64,000 bases of DNA. Origin: Octopus vulgaris (Eukaryota). Positions 38,462-51,936 of this stretch are shown piece by piece. Numbering within the stretch: position 1 is the stretch's first letter; every line of letters starts with the position of its first letter. Both the position numbers and the translations under genes were made by a program. The stretch lies in NCBI GenBank assembly GCA_951406725.2, contig OX597823.1, positions 64,294,001 to 64,358,000 on the forward strand. Reading direction: 5' to 3'. The notes beneath the pieces were generated by a model. The model was given only the letters and a program-made list of their open reading frames with translations, made no database searches and was not told the DNA's origin.

Positions 38462-38506
38462 TGAACCTGAAGATTGCATAATTTAATGCATGAAAGTACT
38501 AGTTCA
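38462..38506 (+). ncRNA. Minimal type I hammerhead ribozyme, canonical core
   Basis: TGAAC-CTGAAGA-T-TGCAT(AATTTA)ATGCA-T-GAAA-GTAC-TA|GTTCA, with a palindromic stem III. It lies near the end of a ~350-bp unique segment followed by (ATTTT/ATTAT)n. Confidence 0.8.
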
Positions 38507-38642
38507 ATCAGAATGAACAATTAACATTCTATTATTTTATTTTATTTTATTATATTATATTATATTATATTATATTATATCATTATAAGACTGTACATAA
38601 AACGTGAAAATCAGACAAGGTTGGAATTCCTTTTATTAATAT

Positions 38643-38709
<67 letters not shown>

Positions 38710-38722
38710 CACATATATATAT

Positions 38723-39146
38723 AGGTGCAGGAATGGCTGTGTGTTTAAGAAACTTGCTTCCTAGCCACATGGTTTAGGGTTCAGTCCTACTGTGTGGTAC
38801 CTTGGGCAAGTGTCTTTTACTATAGTCTCAGGCCAACCAAGGACTTGTGAGTCGATTTGATAAACGGAAACTGAAAGATGTCCATTGTTTATATAGTTTA
38901 TATATATGTTTATGTATCTATGTGTGTGTCTTTGTGTCTGTGTCCCCCCACCCACCATTACCACTTAACAAATGGTATTGGTATGTTTACATCCTTGTAA
39001 GTTAGTGGTTCAACAAAAGAGACCGATAGAATAAGTATCAGGCTTAAAAAATAAGTGCTGGGGTCGATTCATCTGACTAAAAATTCAAGGCAATACCCTA
39101 ACATAGCCGCAGTCTAATGACTGAAACAAGTTAAAGATAACAGATA
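38723..39146 (+). mobile_element. SINE family A, full length
   Basis: Head, B box and tail are present. Confidence 0.9.
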
Positions 39147-39291
39147 ATATATATATATATATATATTTAGGGAGAGAGAGGGTTAGAGAGAGATACTATG
39201 TAGATATACATGTGTGTGTGTGCGTGCACACACACATACACATAAAAATATACATATATTGTATGCATTCATATACTCATAGCTATGGGAT

Positions 39292-39338
39292 TTTGGAACA
39301 ACAGTGTTTCAACCTTGTTGCCTGTCTCATCAGCCAAA
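39292..39338 (-). ncRNA. Type I hammerhead ribozyme, canonical core
   Basis: Reverse complement reads TTTGG-CTGATGA-GAC(AGGCAACAAG)GTT-GAAA-CA(CTGT)TG-TT|CCAAA. Confidence 0.75.
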
Positions 39339-39758
39339 GTTACCCAAGGTAGTGATATTTTCAAGTGTTTTTGGCTCTTGCTTATAGGTTTCAGCAAACA
39401 AATTATATTCATCTTTATTAGCAATATATAAATATAAATATATGTATATATACATATATGTGTGTGTGTATATATATATATTATACATATATAATATAAT
39501 TGTATGTTATACATATATATACATATGCATACACACACACACTCACACACACACACACACACATATGCACGTATTCTATTTCTGAGTGGCATATAGATCC
39601 TGATAAATGAACATGTTAGTCTTCTTCAAGAATGATATAAATGTGTATTGTATTATTTTTTATACATACATAACATACATACATGCGTAACGATATAGAC
39701 ACATAATGCACACACACACATATACACATATATACATGCATACATATATAGATATGTC

Positions 39759-39817
<59 letters not shown>

Positions 39818-39952
39818 ATATGTATAAGTATGTGTGTAAGTTTATATATATATATATATAATTATTAATAAAATACAGAAAACATTTTATGCTTTTTACA
39901 TGTCACACTTTACATTGTATATATATGTTTATATATATATATACATATATAA

Positions 39953-40007
<55 letters not shown>

Positions 40008-40769
40008 CTTATATATATTGATACATATATTTTAAAAATCTTAAATCCATGTATTGCTATATTTATACCTGTATGCACAAAAGTACATATATGATTATTT
40101 CATTAGTTGTATGGTATCGCATTGTCAAGGAAACGGAAAATATGGCATTGTAATTCTATTTTCTTTTGTATTTGCTATTGTTTTGTTTGCTGCCCTTGTG
40201 TCAAATACACAAGAGATAATTTTCATCATCATCATCATCATCACAATTACCATTACCTCCCCACAACCTTGTCATTGTCGTGGTTCTTTTTATTATTATT
40301 ATTATATATATTGTATTATATTTGTACACATACATACATATATATATATATATACTTATGTATATATATATGTATGTGTGTGTGTGTGCATATATGTGTG
40401 TTTGTGCTTGCATGTGCTTGTGCTTGCATGTGTGTGTGTTTGCGTATACACATATATATAGACACTCAGAGGCATACATATACATATATATATATATGCA
40501 TACATAAATAAATCACTGTCATAATATATTTATCACTGCACAACAAAAGTACACTAATATGTGAATATCTTATTAGTTGCGTTATATATTATTATCAAGA
40601 AACGTTAGCACAGCAGGTGAAATGTTTAGTGGCATTTCTTTTGCCCCTTTATGTCCTGAGTTCAACTTCCACCAAGGTCAGTTGTGGGCAATAAAGAAAT
40701 AAGTGTAGGTGTAAGACAAGAATCCCCTGACTGAATGAATCTGCTCTGAACATGCACTTGTAGATAGAG

Positions 40770-41400
40770 AGAGGAGGAAAGAGAAAGAACGAAATTACCC
40801 TGGTGGTTTGGGTAGCCATGGATTGGGGTTCTCTGTATGAGCAGCCCTTGGCAATCTTTTGTACCCTCTGTAATTTTGTCATGGCATTTTCTGTATTTCT
40901 GGACCAATGTTAAACATCTGCTAATTGCATGTTTAATTGTTTCTGGTGAGTTTCCATGCAAACTAGACAGGCATAGCTATACTGCCTTATCAATGCTATA
41001 CTTGATTGAATTAATTTGCAAAGCTAGTTCTTGAGCAGTAAGAATCAAACCATCTGTCTCCTAAGCATACATCCCTGTCTGAACCATCTCCTTCATCAGC
41101 TAAATTTGATGTTTGTTGGGCAAACTCTCTATTTAGAATTTATTCTTTTCAGTTGTTAATCATTTTTTCCATTAAGTCCTCTTTGTCATCACTAATTACC
41201 CCACTTCATTTCTAAGTCAGTCATGCAATGATTAGCTTCCCTTTCTAACACTCTCCTTTATTCCAAAGAATCATTTCTTTTCTTCCTTATTTGGTAAATA
41301 CAGCCTTGCTTCAATACTTCTAGTATAAAGGCATCTGTGCATGGACATTATCTTTCTAGTTTTTCTGTTCACGTTGACTTTTTTTTTTTAACCATTCCAC
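40770..41400 (-). mobile_element. R4/Dong-like LINE fragment (post-RT plus CCHC region), decayed
   Basis: ETDGLILTAQELALQINS and SPETIKHAISRCLTLVQKYRKCHDKI resemble the R4-clade ETE..I.AAQ.QAL and ETI.HI.S.C..RHD motifs. Confidence 0.7.
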
Positions 41401-42418
41401 AACTCTCACACTTTAGTGGACAAAGACAGGATACTTGATGCTTAGAGCTTTGTTAGGTTCTCATATCGCTCTGCCAGTCAGTATGGCCATTGGAAGTTTC
41501 ACTTTGGCATTCTGTAGAGGATTTGTGGCAGGCAGGTACAACATTATTTGGAAGACACTGGGAATTGACAAAACTAAACTGTTGAGACTTTTGGACTGGG
41601 GCCCATGGGCAATTCCCAGAAATCCCTGGTCTGGCAGTACTACTGGAGGGCATTGCTAGCTTGAGGTAAACTTTACTGGCATAAGTGCTCCCAGTCTTGC
41701 TTGTGTGAGATGCGCTCAAAACAATTAAACTGTGCCACAATTACTTATCCAGGGCCTGAATGTTTCTGATTTGTGTAGTTATGTCAAGCACCAACTCTCA
41801 CAGAAGGATAGATATGGTTATTAGCTGAGCCTGTCACATGTAGCAAGAACATGGCTATCAGCTATGTGCATTGTAAAGATCATTTTGCCACTTTCCTTTG
41901 GTTGGAAGGACAAGCAGTCTGTCTGTATGGTGTGTTTAGAAAAAGAGGTGTGGCAGATAAAACTGAAAGGGCTAAAGACAGACATCTTCCTTTTTTCCCA
42001 AATCCTCATTGACTTCTTCAAGATTAATTTGAAAAGGATAGTAGGGTGTGAAAGGAGAAATGCTGTCTACATTCAAGTTTGTTGACTGGTGGAGGTGTGC
42101 AACAAGAATGGTCTAACTGAATGAGCCTACTCTGAGCATACGTGCATACACTTGTTGATTGTGAGAGGAGGATAAAGTAAAAGGAAACTTGCCCTAATAG
42201 TTTCGATGACCATGGTTTTGGGTTCTTTCTATGAGCAACCTATTAAAGTCCTCTCTCTTTTGAAGAATTATTCTTGTACCTTCGTTTTAGTTATTTTACT
42301 GTTCACATGCTTTTATGTAATGTATTGTAATGTGTTGTCCTGTACAGTCCTTGATCTTTTTGTTAAATCTGAGTGGTTAATAATGAGGATGTTACTATCA
42401 TTATTATCATTTTATTTT

Positions 42419-42872
42419 AAGGTGGAGGGCTGGCAGAGTTGTTAGCATGCTGGACGAACTGTTACATGGTATTTTGTCCATTGCTACATTCTGAGTTCAA
42501 ATTCTGCTGAGTTCAGCTTTGCCTTTCATCCTTTCGGGATCAATAAACTAAGTACCAGTTATGCACTGGGATCGATGTAATTGACTAGCTCCCTCATCCA
42601 AAATTTTAGGCCTTGTGCCTATAGTAGAAAGGATTATTATCTTTATTTTTATTATCATTTGGCATTAGGAAGGGAATTCAGCCTTTTGGTGGTTGGAGGG
42701 GCATCCAGCCATTCAGCATTGGGAAGGGCATCCAGCTGCAGTAACCATGCCACTACAGATAGCTGGAGTCTGGACAGCTCCTGGCTAACCAGCTCCATGT
42801 CAAACCATCCAACCCATGCCAACATGGAAAGCAGACATTAAACAATGATGAAGATGATGATGATGATGATGA
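42419..42872 (+). mobile_element. SINE family B (42419-42640) followed by SINE family C tail (42660-42872)
   Basis: GCCTTTCATCCTTTCGGG core, then GGAAGGGCATCCAGCTG...CCCATGCCAACATGGAAAGCAGACATTAA(ATG)n. Confidence 0.85.
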
Positions 42873-42884
42873 TAATGATTATTA

Positions 42885-42969
<85 letters not shown>

Positions 42970-43180
42970 GGCTTTTATGGCTTTTATGGGTTTTTTCACG
43001 AGTAACCTTTCGAAGCGCCTCCCCCTATTGGGAGTTTTATTTGCTATATTTTCCATTGTTATCTTGAATGTTTACACGGACCTTTCTTTTTGGACAAAAC
43101 TCTTTGTACTTTTCATTCTGTTTTTTTCTTTACATGTTTTTTGACTTATGTTAGCCCTTGTGGCTAATAAACCAGAATTA

Positions 43181-43239
<59 letters not shown>

Positions 43240-43626
43240 CATCACTATTATTATTATGTGATGATGCATGGCTTAGTGGTTAGGGTGTTGCACTGACAGC
43301 TTTGAGATCGTGGTTTCAGTTCCTGGACTGGGTGGTGCATGGTGTTCTTGATACAAAACACTTCATCTCACATTGCTCACTTCTAGACCCGATGCATGGC
43401 ACACTGTGCATCTGTTAGGGTGACATCGATTTGACGGAGAGAATGAACTAATGTATATCACATGCCTTTGATCACTATAAACAAATAATTTGTGGAGGCC
43501 ATTTGGCAAGGGCTGAACATTCATACCTCATCTTCAATGGCAGAATCCATCATCATTGTTGCCATCTTCCGCCTCCTCCTCATCATTATCCTTATCATTA
43601 TCATTATTATTAATACCATTATCCTC

Positions 43627-43682
<56 letters not shown>

Positions 43683-43711
43683 CATCATTATTATTATCAT
43701 TATTATTATCA

Positions 43712-43781
<70 letters not shown>

Positions 43782-43960
43782 CATCATCATCATCATCATC
43801 ATCATTATTATTACTTCCAACACTTTCTACAGAATTTTATTTCTCAGATTGTTTATATGTTTCTATATTTGCTTGCATATCATAATTATCTTACTTTTTA
43901 TTTATTTTTTTTTTGTTATACATTTCTTTTAGTTTCATTTTGCTTCTTCTAATGTTTCTT

Positions 43961-43991
<31 letters not shown>

Positions 43992-44335
43992 TCCAACTAA
44001 CCCTGACTACTAACTACATCCGCATTGCAATATCTCAAACTGTCTGCTGGAATCACTGTTTATTTTTATCAAGGACTTCTGCCTCTGTACCAGTGAAACG
44101 TTGCAAGATGAATTGTGTAATATAATGGGATGGAGGGTAGTGGTAGTGGTAGTGGTTAGTCGTAGTGGTGGGAAGTGAAAGACAATGCTTCAATGGTAAT
44201 TGGCAACAAATTGGAAAGCATCGGGGGGGTTCAGGGGTGATGGTGGTGGAGAAAAAGGCATAAAAATGTGCAGTAATAGCTTTTTTCCATTTGTAGCATT
44301 ATTATAATTGTTGTTGGTGTTCTTTGTCACTATCA

Positions 44336-44406
<71 letters not shown>

Positions 44407-44683
44407 TATTATTTATTATTATTATTATTAAGATTTTTATCATTTTTGTATTGGCATTAATATCATTATTATTTTTTACTTTTTGCTTCCCCTTTTTTTA
44501 TTTTTCTTTGTTGCTTCTTTTTGTTGTTGTTGTTGGCATTTATCATCATCGTCATCATCGTCGTCATCATCACCATCATCATCAATGTCATTGTTGTTAT
44601 CATCATCATCGTCGTCGTCGTCGCCATTGTCATAATTATCATCATCAGTGTCAGCATCATCATCTGCATCATCGTCGTCGTCG

Positions 44684-44744
<61 letters not shown>

Positions 44745-44745
44745 T
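42873..44745. repeat. Cluster of (ATT)n/(ATC)n tracts with short unique spacers
   Basis: Seen directly. Confidence 0.9.
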
Positions 44746-45042
44746 TGCCCTGTGGCATATCTTGCATGCTGATAGATAGATAATAGTTTTTGTTTATATG
44801 TTTACAAAAAGAAAAAAACACACTGAAACACATCATCAACACTAATAGAAAAAAAAGAAAACATGAAAAGAAACAGAAAAAGCAACAAAGAAGATGAAAG
44901 AAACCCCACAATTGTATGCTGTCACTCTAGTTTATTTATTTATCTTTTATATTCTCTTATTTATTTACTTTTTTTCAATCATTTAGTTTGTGCCCATGCT
45001 GGAGCACCACCACCATCATCATCATCGTCATCGTCATCATCG

Positions 45043-45075
<33 letters not shown>

Positions 45076-45504
45076 CATTGTTTAACATCCTTCTTCCGTG
45101 CTGGCACTGGTTGGACGGTTTGACAGGGGCTGGCCTAGCAGAAGCCTGCACCGTGCTTCTGTGTCTGTTTTCTTTTTTAGGGGCTGGATGCCCATTCTAA
45201 TATCAACTAATCCACAGAAGAATTTTTTTTAGTTTTTTTCAACTCAAACTTACACCAGTACTTACATTTTAAAGTCTAGTTCTTGTTATTTTTGCATTGG
45301 TCTTCTTTTGTAGAAGGGCAAAGTTACAGGGCCATAAACAAACCAACACCTGTTGTCAAGTAGCGAGACAGAAACACAAAGATGCATACAAACATGTACA
45401 CATGTAAATGCATGTACACATACAAGCACACATAACAAGCTTCCACACAGTTTCCAGCTTCCATATTTACTTGTAAGTTATAACAGAAGATACTTGCCCA
45501 AGAG

Positions 45505-46260
45505 ATAAAATATTACAGCCCTGATTAGACAAACATGGTTCTTAAAGAAAAGCATCACAAACTAAAACATAAAGTGGAAAATGTTGGAGAAGTGCAAGTC
45601 ATATTTTAACAGCAGTAGAGAATGCTGATTATGTTTAACTAAGAAATGATTCATATAAAAAAATTCTCAGTTCCCAAACATCCACCAAAACTACAGAAGT
45701 GAGATTTTTTACTCTTACCCACATAAAAGAAGGTATATATTTTCATACATATGGGCCTCATCATGACCATAGCCACTAGGCTTGCCACTGGGTCTCCAGC
45801 TATCATGTCTTGAGAACCCAGTCAAGAGTTTAACGAAAACAGGAACAAACACAAAAATCCACCCAAACATGGGCTTAAATGCTCAAACACCTGCCCATAC
45901 CCTAGAAATACCAACACATAAAAACCCTTAAATTCCAACTTTACACAAATACCAACCCTTAACCCATGCACATATTTTCAGAAAAACCCTCGTATCTAAG
46001 AGACTTTGGGGCCAAGGGACATAACTCTTTATAAATCCCTTGCTCATTTTGCCTTGCATGGCATTGTTTTGTCTTTTTTTTACAGCACTCACAAGCTAGA
46101 TGTGACTTGTTTTACCTCCAGCAACAGAGAACAGTAACCATCATTTTTAACCACACCAGCCATCCCTGAAGAGCACACAGTATTATCTAACCACACTGTT
46201 ATCTAACATCCAGCTTTAGTACCCAGTGCAAAACTCATTGATAAGATTGGTTGTAATGGA
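45505..46260 (+). mobile_element. Penelope-like 3' end: GIY-YIG C-terminus, 3' region and degenerate hammerhead
   Basis: TALIRQTWFLKKSITN*NIKWKMLEKCKSYFNSSREC*LCLTKK*FI...NYRSEIFYSYPHKRRYIF, then CTGAAGA-GCAC...GTGC-AAAA at 46166-46233. Confidence 0.8.
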
Positions 46261-46286
46261 TCTATAATACTGTATACTTTAATTAT

Positions 46287-46321
<35 letters not shown>

Positions 46322-47481
46322 TGTGTATATATATATATATATACTAGACTACCCGTGACTTGTGACCCATTGGATCACTGGGTATGACTGAGTTTCCCAG
46401 CAACGGAGTTTTGTTTCATAGGCTTTTTCCTTTTCCATGTTATTTAGCATGCTTTCAATGAATGTGACATCAAAATCATGTGTAAATGGCTCTTTTCCCT
46501 AGAAAAGGAAAGATTTGGCAGCTATTTCTTGCATGTCTTGCTACCACTTTACAGGTATTTTGGGTCCTTTATTGCAAATAGCTATTATGTGTTAGCAGGA
46601 CGTGCCTGAAATAGCAGCCAAATCTTTGGAGGTGAGATACATTGAATGCATTCGAAAGAAACCTATGGGAAAAAACTATTTCACACTGAGGTTACGAATG
46701 GGCCTTTTACAAAATATTTACCGTATTTTTAAAGTCATTTTCACTTTAAAATATTCTACCCATCATAATGTGTCTAATGGAAAGGTTAGAGTTTCTTCCC
46801 TTCTAGGGTTAACTTATTTCTGAAGCATTTTCCCATTATGCACCATTTTGGGTATTTATACTCCCAAACTCTGTATATCTTAATAATCACTGGTCCAATT
46901 TACATGAAGCTTGTTTTATTCCATTTGTATTCACATTTCAGAGGAACTTTACTTTCAAAGTATTTTCCCATTATGCATCAGTTTGGCTGTGTAACATTGC
47001 AAGCAAGGAAGACTGAACTTCATTTTTAATGTATTATAGATAGATAGATAGATAGATATATAGATAGATAGATAGATACATTAATACATACATATATATA
47101 CATACACACATACACATACATACACACTCATGCAGACATACATGTATCTGTGTCTCTGTGTACTTGTGCTTGTCCACTGCTACCTTTAGGCAACAGGTGT
47201 TGGTCTGATTTTGTCCTATAATTTGGCATTTTGGCAAATGTGACAACAAGAATAAGCACCAGATCCAGACTTAAAAATATAAGTAGTGGGGCTGATTGGT
47301 GGGACTAAACCCTTCAAGGCATTGCCTCAGCATGACTGCAGTCCAATGAGTGAAACGAGTAAAAGACAGAAGATAATGGAAACAAATTAAAAAAAACAAT
47401 AAAAAACTAAACAAAAGCCCATTGCAACAATCTCCTAATATAATGATGAGTTTAGTGTTTTTTTATATATTTGTATATATG

Positions 47482-48029
47482 CTGGGCTATTCAGAAAGAA
47501 TGAACTGATTTCATTACACAATATTTTAATAAAAGTAATAGAAAACTCCAGCGGAGTCACAAGTATTTACTCACAATGAACTTTTATTTCCAGTCTAACA
47601 AGTGTTCAATGTGGCCACAACCTGTAGCACGGGCAACATCAATGCGACAAGAGAATTCCTCATGGTCGCATATCGATATATCAAAAGCAAGTTCGTTATG
47701 GAAGTAAAGAATAAATTTGCTTTGCTTGAGGTGATTCCCGAAGATATTGACATAGAAGGGAAATGGAAAAACCTTCAATGAAGCATTCAGCCAGGCAGCC
47801 TAAGAAGTACACAGTGGATCATGATATGCTGATATGTGACTGGGAGGAATTCTCTTATTGCATTGATGTTGCCCCTGTTGCAGACGGTGGCCACATTGAA
47901 TACTTGTAAGACAGGAGATAAAAGTTGAGTGTGAGTAAATACTTGTGACTTAGCTGGAGTTTTTTCTATTGCTTTTCCTTATTAAAATATTGCATAATGA
48001 AATCGGTTCATTCTTTTTGAATAATCCTG
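47482..48029. mobile_element. Foldback made of two inverted Tc1/mariner right ends with a ~140-bp spacer
   Basis: Arms about 47482-47683 and 47822-48029. The right arm reads WEEFSYCIDVAPVADGGHIEYL* and the left arm (minus) HEEFSCRIDVARATGCGHIEHL. Termini resemble CAGGGTTATTCAAAAAG. Confidence 0.85.
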
Positions 48030-48034
48030 TGTAT

Positions 48035-48219
48035 TACTCTTTTACTTGTCTCAGTCGAGAGCACCGCCTTTAGTTGAGCAAATCGACCCCAGGACCTATT
48101 CTTTGTAAGCCTAGTACTTATTCTATCGGTCTCTTTTGCCAAACCGCTAAGTTACGGGGATGTAAACACACCACCATCAGTTGTCAAGCGATGTTGGGGG
48201 GACAAACACAGACACACAA

Positions 48220-48251
<32 letters not shown>

Positions 48252-48427
48252 ACTCACATACATATATATATGACGGGCTTCTTTCAGTTTCCATCTACCA
48301 AATCCACTCACAAGGCTTTGATCGGCCCAAGGCTGTAGTAGAAAACACTTGCCCAAGGTGCCATACAGTGGGATTGAACCCGGAACCATGTGGCTGGTAA
48401 GCAAGTTACTTACCACACAACCACTCC

Positions 48428-48434
<7 letters not shown>
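48035..48434 (-). mobile_element. SINE family A, near full length
   Basis: Head and tail are present. Confidence 0.9.
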
Positions 48435-48476
<42 letters not shown>

Positions 48477-49146
48477 TTGTCCAAAATCACCGAGTTGGAG
48501 TGGGATAGAGTAGGAGAAAGAGTAGTATAAGTGAAGGGAGAGGAGAGAAAACAGTAATTCAGTGAAGGAGAAGTAGTGAGAACAATAGCCCTCACTGAGA
48601 GAGAGAGAGAGAGAGAGAGTGTGAGAAAGTAATAGCAAATGAGAAAGGAAGGGGTGATAGTTGAATGAGGAAGGGGTGAAATAATCAGCATTTCAACTCT
48701 GTGTGAGTATATGTGTGTGCATATAAAAGGGAGGTCTTTGAATATTTGTGAGTGTGTGTGTGTGCATGTACAAGGGAAGTACATGAATGTTTATATCTGT
48801 GTTTATTTTGTACCTTATTCATATATAAAATACTACAGTTAGCCATCATTTATCGGCACCACAGGGTCAGCTTGTAATATATAACTGGGGGAAAATTCCT
48901 GTTTAAATTTGAAACATGAGATAAAATGCTTTTAAGAGAAACAATTAAATTATTAGGTAAATTACTAAATTACAAACTCAAATCTTCATAGAATTGTCTC
49001 TTCCTTTTAAACCTTTTTATTTTGATTCTAGTAGCTATCTGATTTAGAAGAGGAAAAAATAGAAAGCTCGTGATTTTGAAGATAGACTTTCTGATTAGGA
49101 AAGAGTAAAGAACTTATCAGATATCCTTAAATAATTAAAAGTTAAT

Positions 49147-49191
49147 ATTACACTGATGAAATCAATTATAATTGAAATAAATATATATAAT
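49147..49191 (+). ncRNA. AT-rich minimal hammerhead-like motif
   Basis: ATTACA-CTGATGA-AAT(CAATTATA)ATT-GAAA-TAAATA-TA|TATAAT. One stem I mismatch, and all stems are weak. Confidence 0.45.
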
Positions 49192-49314
49192 TGGAATTTT
49201 ATTACTTTCTTTTATTACTGTGAAATAGATACAAAATAGATTAAGTATGGTTCTACCATTAGACTACTACTACTACTACTACTACTACTACTGCTACTGC
49301 TGCTGCTACTACTA

Positions 49315-49349
<35 letters not shown>

Positions 49350-49389
49350 ACTACTACTACTACTACTACTACTGATATTGCTGCTGCTG

Positions 49390-49425
<36 letters not shown>

Positions 49426-49761
49426 ATGTCACTGCTGCTGTTATTATTGCAATGAAACAACTATATGTGTATGAAATAAGTTCCTCCTCCACCACTTACA
49501 AAAGTAAAGCAGATGGACCAATCAAATGTTGCTTGTAAATTACTAACTCATCAAATAATTGCAGTTGCATATTGAGATAACAACGATAATTGAATTTAAT
49601 TAAATATTTTCGTCTTTTTATTTTGTTACATCACAAGTATATATGCAGCTTACTTGTTTGAAATATATTCATCTATCTTCCTATTAAGATAATCAGTGTC
49701 TTAATTGAATATAGAGGCCACAGCATTGCTAATTAGTAAGAGAGAGTTTCATATATAGTAA

Positions 49762-50154
49762 TCTCTCTCTATATAAAGCTGAAGTTGTCTGTGTATGGCA
49801 GGTCTGGTAGCCTTCAACTAACACTATCTCCTCTGAGACCCTGCGACACAAGTTGACCAAAATTGAGAGTATGATAGAAGAAGGCTTGCTCTTCCTTCCG
49901 TAGAAGAAAAAATTCAAATCGGACCATGTTAACACCAAAAATTATTTACATCAAAAAGGTGCCTTTTTTTCTATGAAAATCCCTATTTTTTACGATTTTT
50001 TTACTGCTGTCTCGCCATTTTTCGGTGTATTTCAACCAGAAAAATGTTCACTTAAAGAGAATAACAAGCCACATAATGCAAAATTTTTACTTTTCAAAAA
50101 TTCCAATTCTAAAGGGTCAAAACAAACCCAAGCAACGCCGGGCGATACTGCTAG
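49762..50154 (+). mobile_element. Non-autonomous Helitron (393 bp)
   Basis: A|TCTCTCTCTATATAAAG ... subterminal hairpin CCCAAGCAACGCCGGG ... CTAG|T. No TSD. Confidence 0.88.
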
Positions 50155-50454
50155 TAATAATAAAAAATGAGTGTTGTGGATTTACTGTTTTGTTTTTCTC
50201 TCTCTTCCCTTCTCATGTGTTTCCTTTCCATTTTGCTACTATTACTGTTTTCCTTCAGTTTCCTAATTTGCCTATCCTCTTGTCTGCCTGACTATCCATC
50301 TATTTCTGTCACTCACAGTCTATCTAACAACCTGCTAGTCTACACACATACTCACAGATAAACAGATTGACAGAAAGGTGAGATAAATAGATTGCTAAAC
50401 TGGTAACTAGTTATCTCTCTCCACACACACACACACACACTAGTGACCAAGACT

Positions 50455-51093
50455 TTTGGAAATATGCTGTGCTTGAGAAGATCCGGCAAGCCAAGTGAGA
50501 CCATAACCTCATGGCCTATGCCAGGGGTGTAACCAGCCCACTTATGCATACATTTCCTTCATTGGACACTAAACTCTGCTTGTGAAGACCTGTTGAGGCA
50601 AGTGAAATTGAAAAGCGAAATCAAATTCGATGACTGGCATCCATGCAAGTGGAACACTAAGGGCACTATCAGAGTGTGATCGATGCCAGAGCTGCTAACT
50701 AGCTTCCATGCTGCTGACATGTAAGAAGCACCATTCGAGCGTGATCGTTACCAGCATTGCCTTACTGGCACTTGTGCTGGTGGCACATGAAAAAACATTT
50801 GAGCGAGGTCATTGCCAGAGCGAGGTCGCTGGACTGGCTCATGTGCAGGTGGCACATAAAAAAACACCATTTGAGCGTGGCCGTTGCCTGTAATGCCTGA
50901 CTGGCCCTCGTAAAAGCACCCCCTACACTCTCGGAGTAGTTAGCATTAGGAAGGGCATCAAGCTGTAGAAACTCTGCCAGATCAAGATTGGTGTCTGGTA
51001 CAGCCATCTGGTTCATCAGTCCTCAGTCAAATCAACCAACCCATTCTAGCATGGAAAGCAGACATTAAATGATGACGATGATGATGATGATGA
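50455..51093 (+). mobile_element. SINE family C, single copy related to the 1-2893 array monomer
   Basis: GAAGATCCGGCAAG, TGTGAAGACCTGTTGAGGCAAGTGAAA, repeated CACCAT..GAGCGTG modules, GGAAGGGCATC tail and (ATG)n. Confidence 0.85.
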
Positions 51094-51385
51094 TATATAT
51101 ATATGGAGATGGTAAATCTTGAAACAGTTGAAACTATAAATAATGGTGCATAAATATTGGATTAAAAAAAACCCTTTGATAAGAAAAAGTTGAACACAGC
51201 TAATGGGACTTAAACCCAGATCTGCAGATATGACAGGCTTCCTACTAATGAACTAAAATAATCCTTCGAATTTCTCTATTCATTTGAGAAGCTTTATTCT
51301 TAGCAATGAGAAATTTTGAGAATACGAAATAATCCTTTATAAAATTATTTCTTGTAGAAAAACTCAGTTGTATATAGTAGTATAT

Positions 51386-51757
51386 AGGTGTAGGAGTGGC
51401 TGAGTGGTAAGTAGCTTGCTTACCAACCACATGGTCCCAGGTTCAGTCCCACTGCATAGCACCTTGGGCAAGTGTCTTCTTCTATAGCTTCGGGCCGACC
51501 AAAGCCTTGTGAGTGGATTTGGTAGATGAAAACTGAAAGAAGCCCGTCGTATATATGTATATATATGTGTATATGTGTGTGTGTGTATGTTTGTGTGTCT
51601 GTGTTTGTTCCCGCTAACATCGCTTGACAACCGATGCTGATAGAATAAGTACTAGGCTTACAAAGAATAAGTCCTGGGGTCAATTTGCTTGACTAAAGGC
51701 GGTGCTCCAGCATGGCCACAGTCAAATGACTGAAACAAGTAAAAGAGTAAAAGAGTA
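51386..51757 (+). mobile_element. SINE family A with internal deletion
   Basis: Head, B box and (TAAAAGAG)2 tail. Confidence 0.9.
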
Positions 51758-51886
51758 CAGCATATAGCATAGTCAGTTTTGCAATTGCCATGCTTTTGGT
51801 AATTTCAAAAGATACTTATGTAGTTGCAATCAGTAAACATATATATATATCCTCTTAGCCCTTTCCATCTTTAGGATGTAACAGGT

Positions 51887-51936
<50 letters not shown>

